DNA of 28,375 bases from a virus (taxonomy: Duplodnaviria; Caudoviricetes), in the IMG/VR virus record IMGVR_UViG_3300031857_001042, positions 1-28,375 of that record; one strand, given 5' to 3'. Positions 9,308 through 16,627 of this stretch are shown here, piece after piece. The stretch's first letter is position 1. The number at the start of each line of letters is the position of its first letter. Both the position numbers and the translations under genes were made by a program. The notes under the pieces were generated by a model that was not told where the DNA came from, made no database searches, and worked only from the letters and a program-made list of their open reading frames with translations.

Positions 9308-10060
9308 ATGGCAAACATAACACGGAAGTGGAAACGCTTCCTTGCAGTCTCATGCAGCCACGGCTTCATGGCCGACCAGGCTGTACTCAAGGAAGTCCTC
9401 CGCTTTCGTGATCGCTGGAAGCCGGATACGGTGCTGCATCTGGGCGATGCCATCGACATGACCTGCTTGCGTAGTGGCGCTATCACTAACGACAGTCACG
9501 ACGCTACGGTAGATCCCGAGGCTGACCTGAACGACGGTCTGGCGTTCATCTCCGCGCTGCGCCCCCAGCATTACCTGCTTGGCAACCATGAGGCCCGGTT
9601 GGTGACACTGATGAGTCACCCCAAGGCGATTATCTCGGCTCTGGCGACCCGCGTCTATCATCAGATCCACGACCGGGCTAAGTCGATTAGGTGCAAGGTG
9701 TACGACTACAAGCTCAAGACTGGCTTCGTTGGCCTTGGTGACGCTCTCTTCCAGCATGGCTACCTGCACAGCGAGAACGCGCTGCGTGATTCTGCGGAGC
9801 GCATGTGCCACGGACGGTACACAAAACTTGTCATGGGGCACATCCACCGTGTACAAATCGCTGAAGGCAGGCGCATTAAAGGGGTGACCGGTTACTCTGT
9901 TGGGTGGCTCGGAGATCCCGAAATGGCTGGCTACGCGGAAAATAGGATTGCAACCACCGCTTGGAGCAGAGGCTGGGCGTGGGGCGAATATACTGACAAC
10001 GAGACAATTGTATGGCTAACAAAAGAACTAAAGGACGGGACATTCAAGCTGCCCCTGTAG
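9308..10060 (+). CDS. Calcineurin-like metallophosphoesterase
   Basis: Motifs SCSHG (DxH variant), LGDAID, GNHE, FQHG and GHIHR. Confidence 0.85.
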   Translation: MANITRKWKRFLAVSCSHGFMADQAVLKEVLRFRDRWKPDTVLHLGDAIDMTCLRSGAITNDSHDATVDPEADLNDGLAFISALRPQHYLLGNHEARLVTLMSHPKAIISALATRVYHQIHDRAKSIRCKVYDYKLKTGFVGLGDALFQHGYLHSENALRDSAERMCHGRYTKLVMGHIHRVQIAEGRRIKGVTGYSVGWLGDPEMAGYAENRIATTAWSRGWAWGEYTDNETIVWLTKELKDGTFKLPL

Positions 10061-10269
10061 AGGGGGACTGGCTTACACAACTTGCGGAGAACTTGGAGCT
10101 ACAGCCGGCACCTCCAGGGTGGTATACGCTGAGCCAAATCGCTCAACATCTAAAGATTGGGAGGACTGCCACAAGAAGAATCCTTCTTGAAAAGAAGGCT
10201 ATGCGGCAAAAGTTCTACCATAAGACTCAAGACGGCAGAATCATTCCGACGTTACACTACAAGCTATGA
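10012..10269 (+). CDS. Small HTH-like protein
   Basis: WYTLSQIAQHLKIGRTATRRIL resembles a helix-turn-helix; ATGA overlap with the next gene. Confidence 0.55.
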   Translation: MANKRTKGRDIQAAPVEGDWLTQLAENLELQPAPPGWYTLSQIAQHLKIGRTATRRILLEKKAMRQKFYHKTQDGRIIPTLHYKL

Positions 10270-10547
10270 CCCCCGAGGAAAAGGAACGCCAGGCCATCAT
10301 TCAACGCGCAAAGGACATTCTTTCCGAACACTTTGAGTGTGGCGAGATCCTTGTTCAAGCACAGGATGAGCTGGATAGCGACAATACGAACCGCTACGAG
10401 ACTGGCTGGGGCAACCGTTTTGCCCGAGATAGGCACATCCACCTTGTTTATCAAGATCGAGTGGTCGAACACTCTTGGACGGAAGAGTGTGGGGATGAAG
10501 ACGATGACGAGGACGACGATGAGGATGACAAAATAAAAGCAAAATAA
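10266..10547 (+). CDS. Hypothetical protein with acidic C-terminal tail
   Basis: ATGA-coupled ORF ending EECGDEDDDEDDDEDDKIKAK. Confidence 0.7.
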   Translation: MTPEEKERQAIIQRAKDILSEHFECGEILVQAQDELDSDNTNRYETGWGNRFARDRHIHLVYQDRVVEHSWTEECGDEDDDEDDDEDDKIKAK

Positions 10548-10550
10548 TAG

Positions 10551-10578
10551 TTGCGCGTAGACAAACAACGTGTAGCTT
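10551..10578 (+). promoter_or_regulatory. Sigma70-like promoter for the replication module (TTGCGC-N16-TAGCTT)
   Basis: TTGCGC at 10551-10556 and TAGCTT at 10573-10578, preceded by an A-rich tract. The same architecture occurs on the minus strand at 21718-21745. Confidence 0.6.
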
Positions 10579-10621
10579 GCACGGCATTCAGCAGATGGTC
10601 TGCTGATGAAACCTTACAAAA

Positions 10622-11263
10622 ATGAAAGTAGCACAAATTAGCGACTTAGCGAACTTGGCCGATGGCAGCGTCATCGGGGAAATGCGGGTGACGATCAAAG
10701 CGACGTTCCCGCCAAAGACAGGTGAAGGCAAGTTTGGTCCTTGGCGCGTGCAGAACGCGATCCTTCAAGATAGCACTGGCGAGTGCCGAGCATCGTTCTG
10801 GGTGCCAGATGAGATGGGTGACCTCAAGGGTCAGATGGTGACTCTTAAAAGCCAAGCTGGTAAGAAGGGGCTTCAGGGCATCAGCGTGAAGCACTCGACC
10901 CACAGTGGCGAGAACGAGCTGAAGATCACCGATCAGTGTGCCATCATCGACGACGCCGGCGCAGCAGTCGCAGCAGCAGGCCCACGCAAGCCGGTTAAGG
11001 CCAGCGACCCGATCTCATTGACGGTGGCAGACGCCAAGCGTGCGCTCTTCCAAGCAGCTCAATTGATGGCCGAGGCCATCAAGGCAGCCGAGTGGGTTGG
11101 CTCGCAGGCGCAGGTTACGCCAGAGCAGTTGCAGGCTATCGCTACCAGCTTGTTTATCTCCGCAGATCGCGCGGGCTTTGCCAAAGCATTCCCATCGGCG
11201 CAGACTAAGCCAGTCAAGAAAGACGAACCCGTTGAACTTGAGGAGGACGATCTCAAATGGTAA
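10622..11263 (+). CDS. Single-stranded DNA-binding protein, OB fold (RPA-like)
   Basis: LQDSTGECRASFW resembles the RPA OB-fold LxDxTGxIxxxxW motif; acidic-aromatic C-terminus ELEEDDLKW; first gene of the replication module. Confidence 0.65.
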   Translation: MKVAQISDLANLADGSVIGEMRVTIKATFPPKTGEGKFGPWRVQNAILQDSTGECRASFWVPDEMGDLKGQMVTLKSQAGKKGLQGISVKHSTHSGENELKITDQCAIIDDAGAAVAAAGPRKPVKASDPISLTVADAKRALFQAAQLMAEAIKAAEWVGSQAQVTPEQLQAIATSLFISADRAGFAKAFPSAQTKPVKKDEPVELEEDDLKW

Positions 11264-11436
11264 AAGCACGCGACATCTCCGTATTGTGCGGCGTCACACT
11301 CCAGACTGTCTTGAAGTGGGCGCGTGAGAACAAGATCCCGCATCACCGTATCAGCGCACGCTGCCTGCGGTTCTCAGTGGAAGAGGTCAACGCCTGGCTC
11401 CAAGCTAAACGCGATGCCAATAAACAGCAGAGCTAA
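11257..11436 (+). CDS. Excisionase/MerR-like (HTH_17-type) DNA-binding protein
   Basis: Hand-translated 59 aa, below the ORF track cutoff: MVKARDISVLCGVTLQTVLKWARENKIPHHRISARCLRFSVEEVNAWLQAKRDANKQQS. Confidence 0.8.
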   Translation: MVKARDISVLCGVTLQTVLKWARENKIPHHRISARCLRFSVEEVNAWLQAKRDANKQQS

Positions 11437-11746
11437 AGGCTGCCGAGGCGAGCGTCTCTGGCGCGACGAGTTGCGTGCGGCGGGCTTTACGGCCCGTCGT
11501 GGGCAGCAGTTCGCCGGAGGTGGCGACAGCCCGGATGTGATCTGCGAAGAGCTGCGTGGACTCCACCAAGAGGTGAAGTTCGTGGAGAATCTTAATCTCA
11601 TCAAGGCCACTGAGCAGGCAGAACGTGACGGCGCTGGCAAGCCGTGGATCGTTGCTCACAAGAAGAACCGTACTCCCTGGTTAGTCACGATGAACGCTGA
11701 GTTGTTCTTCCGGCTGCTTAGGGATGGGATGGATGGCCTGAAATAA
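11414..11746 (+). CDS. Holliday junction resolvase, Hjc-like PD-(D/E)XK
   Basis: NSRAKGCRGER...GFTARRGQQF...SPDV...EVK motif set; ATG at 11414 chosen as start. Confidence 0.85.
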   Translation: MPINSRAKGCRGERLWRDELRAAGFTARRGQQFAGGGDSPDVICEELRGLHQEVKFVENLNLIKATEQAERDGAGKPWIVAHKKNRTPWLVTMNAELFFRLLRDGMDGLK

Positions 11747-11790
11747 TTCTGCACCAATGCAGGGGCGCGACTGCACAACGCGCACACTTT

Positions 11791-12348
11791 ATGAACATCA
11801 GCATCAATATAACATATACATCTGGCACTAAAGTCGAACTGGTTGTCCCACTTGAGGAGCCATGCCAGATCGTCAGCCAGCCAGAGTCACCTGTGACGCC
11901 TGTGCAACCCGCGCAGGACTTGGCTGACGCGATGGCGGGCATCCCCGTGCTTACCGACGAGGAGCGTGAATTGCTCAAGCCATCCGGCAGACGGTACACG
12001 TCCGTGCAAGAGATGGTCGATGAGCTTAAGCAAGACCCTGAGTCAGGCAAGACGATGAGCCTGTACGACATCACCTACGTCACTCAGGACGGTAAAGAGT
12101 GGAAGGTGCCACCCGGCTTGATGAAAGACTTGATCATCATCTACGGGGAGAAGACCGTCGAGCAAGAGCTGTGGAAGGCCCACGCCTGGATCGAAGCTGA
12201 CATCCACCGTCGCAAGACCGCTCGCGGCATGGGGCGCTTCCTCAACGGGTGGCTATCCCGTGCATCGTCGATGGTGCGGACGCCGATCAAGACCCTGCTT
12301 AAACGCGACTCTTTACTGACTACAAATGGAACCCAAGAAAGCTGGTAG
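11791..12348 (+). CDS. Putative replication initiator/helicase-loader-like protein
   Basis: C-terminal ELWKAHAW...RRKTARGMGRFLNGWLSRA resembles C-terminal domains of phage replisome organizers; lies immediately upstream of DnaB. Confidence 0.5.
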   Translation: MNISINITYTSGTKVELVVPLEEPCQIVSQPESPVTPVQPAQDLADAMAGIPVLTDEERELLKPSGRRYTSVQEMVDELKQDPESGKTMSLYDITYVTQDGKEWKVPPGLMKDLIIIYGEKTVEQELWKAHAWIEADIHRRKTARGMGRFLNGWLSRASSMVRTPIKTLLKRDSLLTTNGTQESW

Positions 12349-13039
12349 GCGCAGGCCGGTGGAGTTGCCGCCTGACACGGTGGTGCCGACTGCAACCGAG
12401 GCTGAACGTGGGATAGCGTCGATTGCGCTCAACCATCCTGAGGTGTTCCTTCACCACATTAGCGAGAAGAACTTCAAGGTGGCAGACATCTTTGATCCGC
12501 TCAGTCACCGGGTATGCGAGATCATTCTACAGCAGCAGAGCCGCAACGCTTCGTCAGAAATTCGTGTGGTTTTTGAGAAGTGCCGGGAGACGCTGCCAAC
12601 AACCCAGTTCCATGAACTAAGCGACCTATACACCATCATGCCTATTGCCGGCGCGATTGGCGAGCTTATCGAGATCGTCAAGTCCACGGCGAAGCGGCGC
12701 ACCTTGCAACATGTCGCACATGAGGTGCTCATGGCGATTGGCGACTCAACCGTGCAGACGCCTGAGCTACTGAGCGATGTCGTGATGAAGGTGGAGAGTC
12801 TGTCGCGGGAGCTTGCTCCACCGAAAGTGATGGACACGAAGGCACTCCTGCTTAATGCGCTCAACCGCTACGAAACAGGCGATGACGAGTCGATGCGGAT
12901 AAAGACTGGCTACTCTGCTATCGACAACATCTGCCCGATCAGATACGGAGACTTTGTCGTCATCGGTGGTGAAACCAAATCGGGCAAAACCATGCTGGCA
13001 CTCAACATAATTGCAAACTTAATAAATGAAACTAATTAA
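12326..13039 (+). CDS. dnaB: DnaB-like replicative helicase, N-terminal part (N-domain, linker, Walker A)
   Basis: PTATEAERGIAS...DIFDPLSHRVCE (DnaB N-domain), IKTGYSAIDNI...GDFVVIGGETKSGKTMLALNI (Walker A), then a stop codon. Confidence 0.88.
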   Translation: MEPKKAGRRRPVELPPDTVVPTATEAERGIASIALNHPEVFLHHISEKNFKVADIFDPLSHRVCEIILQQQSRNASSEIRVVFEKCRETLPTTQFHELSDLYTIMPIAGAIGELIEIVKSTAKRRTLQHVAHEVLMAIGDSTVQTPELLSDVVMKVESLSRELAPPKVMDTKALLLNALNRYETGDDESMRIKTGYSAIDNICPIRYGDFVVIGGETKSGKTMLALNIIANLINETN

Positions 13040-13337
13040 CCTTACTCCTCACGACATAGCCATCACTGGCTACGGGATCGTGGAACCAAGCGGACAGTCC
13101 GTCAAAGTGCATAGTCACTTGTCCAAAGTGGCAGACGCTGACGGTGTGCCGATCATGTGCTGCAAAGAGAGCAAAGTCTCCAACCTGCCTGACCCTATGG
13201 ACGGGATACTGTACATCGTCCCGGCATACGTCAGAACGGCGTTGCCAGCCAGAACAGATTTGGCTAGTCCAACAAAACTCATCCGTGACGGAGCCGGCAG
13301 AATCGTTGGCTGCGGTGCGCTTGAAATCAACCCATAA
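13026..13337 (+). CDS. Phage hypothetical protein (NLTPH...RDxxGRIVGC type)
   Basis: MKLINLTPHDI...LPDPMDGILYIV...RTDLASP...IRDGAGRIVGC is a motif pattern I recall from other phages; it overlaps the DnaB-N stop. Confidence 0.75.
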   Translation: MKLINLTPHDIAITGYGIVEPSGQSVKVHSHLSKVADADGVPIMCCKESKVSNLPDPMDGILYIVPAYVRTALPARTDLASPTKLIRDGAGRIVGCGALEINP

Positions 13338-13341
13338 CAAT

Positions 13342-14121
13342 ATGAAAACAGAGCTATTACAAAACCTCGAAATGACAACTTACCGTGCGATGCACGGCCT
13401 GAGTAAACACAGCCTCGACGCATTTGCTGTGTGTCCCTCGTACTACAAGTGGAAGGAGAGCCAAGAGTGGAAGCCATCCCGCGAGATGGAACTTGGCACA
13501 CTCGTCCATAGCCTGGCGCTGGAGGGGCGCTGTGACTACGCTATCGCTCCAGCGTGCGACCGTCGCACGAAAGAAGGCAAGCTCATCTGGGAGAACTTTT
13601 GCCAGGCTAACATTGGCAAGGTCATTCTCAACGAGGATGAAGGGGCGCGTGTAGAGGGTGCCTGTGCTGCCGTGGAGCCGCTCCTTGAGATGGTGACAGC
13701 AGCGAAGGTGATCGAAGCGTCCATGTTCTGGGAGCGCGACGGCGTGCAGTGCAAGGGCAGGCCGGACATGATAACCGAGATCAAGGGTCGTCCGGCTATC
13801 GTTGACCTTAAGACGACCAGCGACTGGTCTAAGTTCGACCACAAGTTCTTTGGGTTTGGCTACGACAAGCAGGCCGCTTGGTACACCTACGGTCTTGAGC
13901 AGATCACCGGCCAAGAGGACATCGACTTCTACTTCCTCGTCGTCGATATGCAAGCGCCCCATCTCTCGCAGTGGGTGAAGGCGTCGAGCGAACTCATCGA
14001 CATTGCTAACCAGCAGCTCGACGTGACACTGTCGCAGTACAAGCTGTGCCTCGACCAAAACGTGTGGCCTGGTCCACCAACGATGCGCGTGATGCTGCCG
14101 CGTAGATGGGAGGAAGCATGA
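13342..14121 (+). CDS. RecE/Exonuclease VIII-like PD-(D/E)XK exonuclease (DUF3799-like)
   Basis: YRAMHGLSKHSL, GTLVHSLALE, CKGRPDMI, IVDLKTT and YDKQAAWY motifs; ATG at 13342. Confidence 0.88.
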   Translation: MKTELLQNLEMTTYRAMHGLSKHSLDAFAVCPSYYKWKESQEWKPSREMELGTLVHSLALEGRCDYAIAPACDRRTKEGKLIWENFCQANIGKVILNEDEGARVEGACAAVEPLLEMVTAAKVIEASMFWERDGVQCKGRPDMITEIKGRPAIVDLKTTSDWSKFDHKFFGFGYDKQAAWYTYGLEQITGQEDIDFYFLVVDMQAPHLSQWVKASSELIDIANQQLDVTLSQYKLCLDQNVWPGPPTMRVMLPRRWEEA

Positions 14122-14426
14122 GCAACGAACTAAGTGACGCAACATTGCGAGATCAGATTTACGGGATGGAGTTTTTAATGACTGATGGATGCACTCGCTG
14201 CCCAAAAGACATTCTTGATCTTGCCATCAACAGATACGGAGAAGAGACTGTTTACAAAGAGATGCTGAAGGCAGATAAGTGGTTGCTTTCACATGCAGCA
14301 AGACACAAGAAACGTAGAGTTTCTGGAATCGGATTGTTTTTGCTGAACTGGTTTGAGAGTGCCGCCTTCTTTCGTTTGCGCGACGCAGAACAAAAGAAAA
14401 ACTCATACAACAGATGGGAGGACTAA
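14118..14426 (+). CDS. Hypothetical protein, paralog of the C-terminal domain of 11791-12348
   Basis: YGEETVYKEMLKADKW...GIGLFLLNWFESA aligns with YGEKTVEQELWKAHAW...GMGRFLNGWLSRA; ATGA coupling. Confidence 0.7.
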   Translation: MSNELSDATLRDQIYGMEFLMTDGCTRCPKDILDLAINRYGEETVYKEMLKADKWLLSHAARHKKRRVSGIGLFLLNWFESAAFFRLRDAEQKKNSYNRWED

Positions 14427-14427
14427 C

Positions 14428-14670
14428 ATGAGCGACTGGGTACTCATCCGCCGTACAAACGTCCTGCAAGACGTGGAGCTGCCCCGCCCCAAGCGCACGC
14501 AGGACATCATCTGTGTTGGCCCGAAAGACGCACTCGGCTCCAAGATGGAGGCACTCATGCTACTGCCGGAGAATCAATCGACGGATCTTATCGAGGTGAA
14601 GTATGTGCTTGAGCCGTACACTGGCCAGCACTCGCACACTTCGGCACGGCCTGGTAATGGAACACGCTAA
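14428..14670 (+). CDS. Hypothetical protein
   Basis: GGAGG upstream of ATG 14428; the stop overlaps the next ATG (TAATG). Confidence 0.65.
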   Translation: MSDWVLIRRTNVLQDVELPRPKRTQDIICVGPKDALGSKMEALMLLPENQSTDLIEVKYVLEPYTGQHSHTSARPGNGTR

Positions 14671-15448
14671 TGTGGATACTGCCAAAACAATTACACACGT
14701 TGGCCTCTGTGCAGGCTACGGAGGCATTGAACTTGGACTTAAACGAGTCCTCCCAGCTTTGCGCTCAGTCGCTCTTTGTGAGATCGAAGCCTTCGCCATT
14801 GCGAACTTGGTTGCAAAAATGGAAGCGGGACTCATGGACGCAGCACCTGTTTGGACGGATCTTAAAACCTTCCCTTGGGAAAGTTTTCGAGACCGAGTGG
14901 ACATCCTTACTGGTGGTTATCCCTGCCAGCCATTCAGTGCAGCAGGCAAGCGAGCCGGTAAGGACGACCCAAGACACTTGTGGCCTTGGATCGCAGATGG
15001 AATTGCTGCCATGCGACCCAGAGTCTGCTTCTTCGAGAACGTCGAAGGACACATCTCGTTGGGACTCTCCAGCGTCATTAGCGATCTGGAAGAAATGGGT
15101 TACAAAGTGTCGTGGGGCATATTTAGCGCGGCTGAATGCGGTGCTGTTCACCAGCGCAAACGAGTGTTTATCTTGGCCGACGATCAGAGCGAGCGAGTAC
15201 AAAGGATGTGGTCCGCTTGGCAGCAAGAGTCACATTTATCGAGTCAGCAAGTTTTATCTGGATGCGGTCGCCCAAGAACGGACTGGTCAGACGGGACGAC
15301 TGAACCCATCCTGGTGCGAATGGCTGACGGGGGTGCCAATTGGGTGGACAGGATGCGCCTCCTCGGAAACGGAGTCGTCCCAGTCACAGCAGCTTTAGCG
15401 TTTACCACACTACTAAATGAACAAAGGAATCCTCGTCATCTCGCTTGA
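14657..15448 (+). CDS. C5 cytosine DNA methyltransferase, alpha polypeptide (motifs I-VIII and X)
   Basis: LCAGYGG (I), GGYPCQPFSAAGKR (IV), FFENVEG (VI), HQRKRVFI (VIII) and RMRLLGNGVVP (X). Alternative start is GTG at 14672. Confidence 0.9.
   Translation: MEHANVDTAKTITHVGLCAGYGGIELGLKRVLPALRSVALCEIEAFAIANLVAKMEAGLMDAAPVWTDLKTFPWESFRDRVDILTGGYPCQPFSAAGKRAGKDDPRHLWPWIADGIAAMRPRVCFFENVEGHISLGLSSVISDLEEMGYKVSWGIFSAAECGAVHQRKRVFILADDQSERVQRMWSAWQQESHLSSQQVLSGCGRPRTDWSDGTTEPILVRMADGGANWVDRMRLLGNGVVPVTAALAFTTLLNEQRNPRHLA
14670..15398 (+). CDS. Nested alternative-frame ORF: probable C5 methyltransferase beta polypeptide (TRD/motif IX)
   Basis: 242-codon open frame fully inside the MTase gene, TAATG-coupled to the upstream gene, containing WPTIRASEYKG and RLNPSWCEWLTGVPIGWT. 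Confidence 0.75.
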   Translation: MWILPKQLHTLASVQATEALNLDLNESSQLCAQSLFVRSKPSPLRTWLQKWKRDSWTQHLFGRILKPSLGKVFETEWTSLLVVIPASHSVQQASEPVRTTQDTCGLGSQMELLPCDPESASSRTSKDTSRWDSPASLAIWKKWVTKCRGAYLARLNAVLFTSANECLSWPTIRASEYKGCGPLGSKSHIYRVSKFYLDAVAQERTGQTGRLNPSWCEWLTGVPIGWTGCASSETESSQSQQL

Positions 15449-16001
15449 GATGCCAGCGAATCAGATCATCGACCGGCTCGTCGCCCGGCTAGGCAGCGTC
15501 AGCCTACGCACCCTCGCTGAAGGAGCCAAGCTGGAGCGTGACATCAGGGGCGTCCACAGTGCCATCCAGAAGCTCAATAGCAGCCGTTTGGTTGTGCGCG
15601 ACGACCTGTACGATATCGCCAACATCTGCGCCACGGCACGGGCTATGGCTAAGTCCCCGGATGGCCTTGGTGTGCTGTTTGTAGACTATATCCAGTTGGT
15701 CAGGTGCGACCTAGGCAAGGACAGCAGCCGTGAGCGTGAGGTGGCTGAGGTCAGCCGTAGTTTGCGACTGCTCGGCATCGAATTAGGTTGCTTAGTCATC
15801 TCAATTACGCAACTAAATGAGCAGGGCAAGGCTCGCGAAAGCCGCGCAATCGGACAAGACGCTACAGCCGTGATGGTTGTGAAGCTCTCCGATGAGGCGG
15901 AGTTCCGCGAGATTAGCATCCCCATCCAACGCAACGGGCCGTGTGGCGTCAGTGCAAATCTGCGATTCCATGGCAAAACTGCAACCTTCCACAATGAATA
16001 A
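15417..16001 (+). CDS. dnaB: DnaB-like replicative helicase, C-terminal part (motifs H1a-H4)
   Basis: ILVISLEMP (H1a), VLFVDYIQL (Walker B), REREVAEVSRSLRLL...ITQLN, RESRAIGQDA and QRNGP. Confidence 0.9.
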   Translation: MNKGILVISLEMPANQIIDRLVARLGSVSLRTLAEGAKLERDIRGVHSAIQKLNSSRLVVRDDLYDIANICATARAMAKSPDGLGVLFVDYIQLVRCDLGKDSSREREVAEVSRSLRLLGIELGCLVISITQLNEQGKARESRAIGQDATAVMVVKLSDEAEFREISIPIQRNGPCGVSANLRFHGKTATFHNE

Positions 16002-16209
16002 ACACTACCAAAGTTACATGAAAATTGAACCTGACAACTCCAACAAAGCCGTACCCTACCTGTGGGGCTTTGCCACTCTGGCCGTCTTTGACGGTCTCGC
16101 TATCGCTTGGTTTGCCGAAGAGCTGTGGGAAGCCATCGTGCTGCTCATTCTGTTCTGGGCAAGCGCACTGTTTGCAGCCTCAGCGATGGAGGAATGGAAG
16201 GGCCGGTGA
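15994..16209 (+). CDS. Small membrane protein (two hydrophobic segments)
   Basis: YLWGFATLAVFDGLAIAWF and AIVLLILFWASALFAA; ATG at 15994. Confidence 0.6.
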   Translation: MNKHYQSYMKIEPDNSNKAVPYLWGFATLAVFDGLAIAWFAEELWEAIVLLILFWASALFAASAMEEWKGR

Positions 16210-16379
16210 AACGAGTCTGCAAAGACTGCGGGGCGCAATTGGTACGAGACTTCTTTGGAGACTGGTTTTGCGATGAATGTGAAGCCGAGAAAATGAAGAA
16301 CCCACCAAAACTACAACTGATCATTGCACTGCTGAGCATATTGGCATTCGCAATCGGTTTTGCACTCGACCGGGAATGA
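16206..16379 (+). CDS. Small zinc-finger protein with C-terminal TM helix
   Basis: GTGA overlap start; CKDC...CDEC followed by LIIALLSILAFAIGFAL. Confidence 0.6.
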   Translation: MKRVCKDCGAQLVRDFFGDWFCDECEAEKMKNPPKLQLIIALLSILAFAIGFALDRE

Positions 16380-16627
16380 GCGCACAATTAATCGACACAC
16401 TCATGGAGAAGATCCATGTACTAACAACAGAAAACAAACGACTAACAGATGAGAATCAGAAACAGGCAAAGACAATCGAACGGCTGGGTCGCCAGGTTGC
16501 GGAGGGTCGATCCACGGGAGTGGAGATTGCGGATCATGGAACTTCCGGTGAAGCTACAGGTATTTGTGGCGCAGATCGTGTGGTGGGACTACTTCGGCGA
16601 CAAGACGGTGCCGAACCGTTGGCCTGA
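16376..16627 (+). CDS. Hypothetical coiled-coil protein
   Basis: ATGA coupling; heptad-like IHVLTTENKRLTDENQKQAKTIERL. Confidence 0.55.
   Translation: MSAQLIDTLMEKIHVLTTENKRLTDENQKQAKTIERLGRQVAEGRSTGVEIADHGTSGEATGICGADRVVGLLRRQDGAEPLA

Noticed and set aside
10603-10613. CTGATGA hammerhead-like core
   Set aside because: No stem II separates CTGATGA from GAAA, and no stem I/III arrangement is evident.
11257-11436. Evidence of a temperate lifestyle from the excisionase-like HTH
   Set aside because: No integrase, repressor or att site is visible, and this HTH family is common as a general regulator.
13357-14205. 282-aa antisense ORF, and other antisense ORFs over terL, portal and ejection genes
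   Set aside because: These are shadow frames of well-supported plus-strand genes with no motifs of their own.
13023-15421. Excisable element restoring dnaB through the TAAATGAA repeat
   Set aside because: Recombination between the repeats leaves the halves out of frame, and no recombinase gene is present in the window.
13000-15450. Split intein or self-splicing intron joining the DnaB halves
   Set aside because: There is no Cys/Ser-initiated intein N-fragment after the N-part and no His-Asn intein C-fragment before the C-part. The gap is filled with ordinary genes and shows no recognisable group I/II core.
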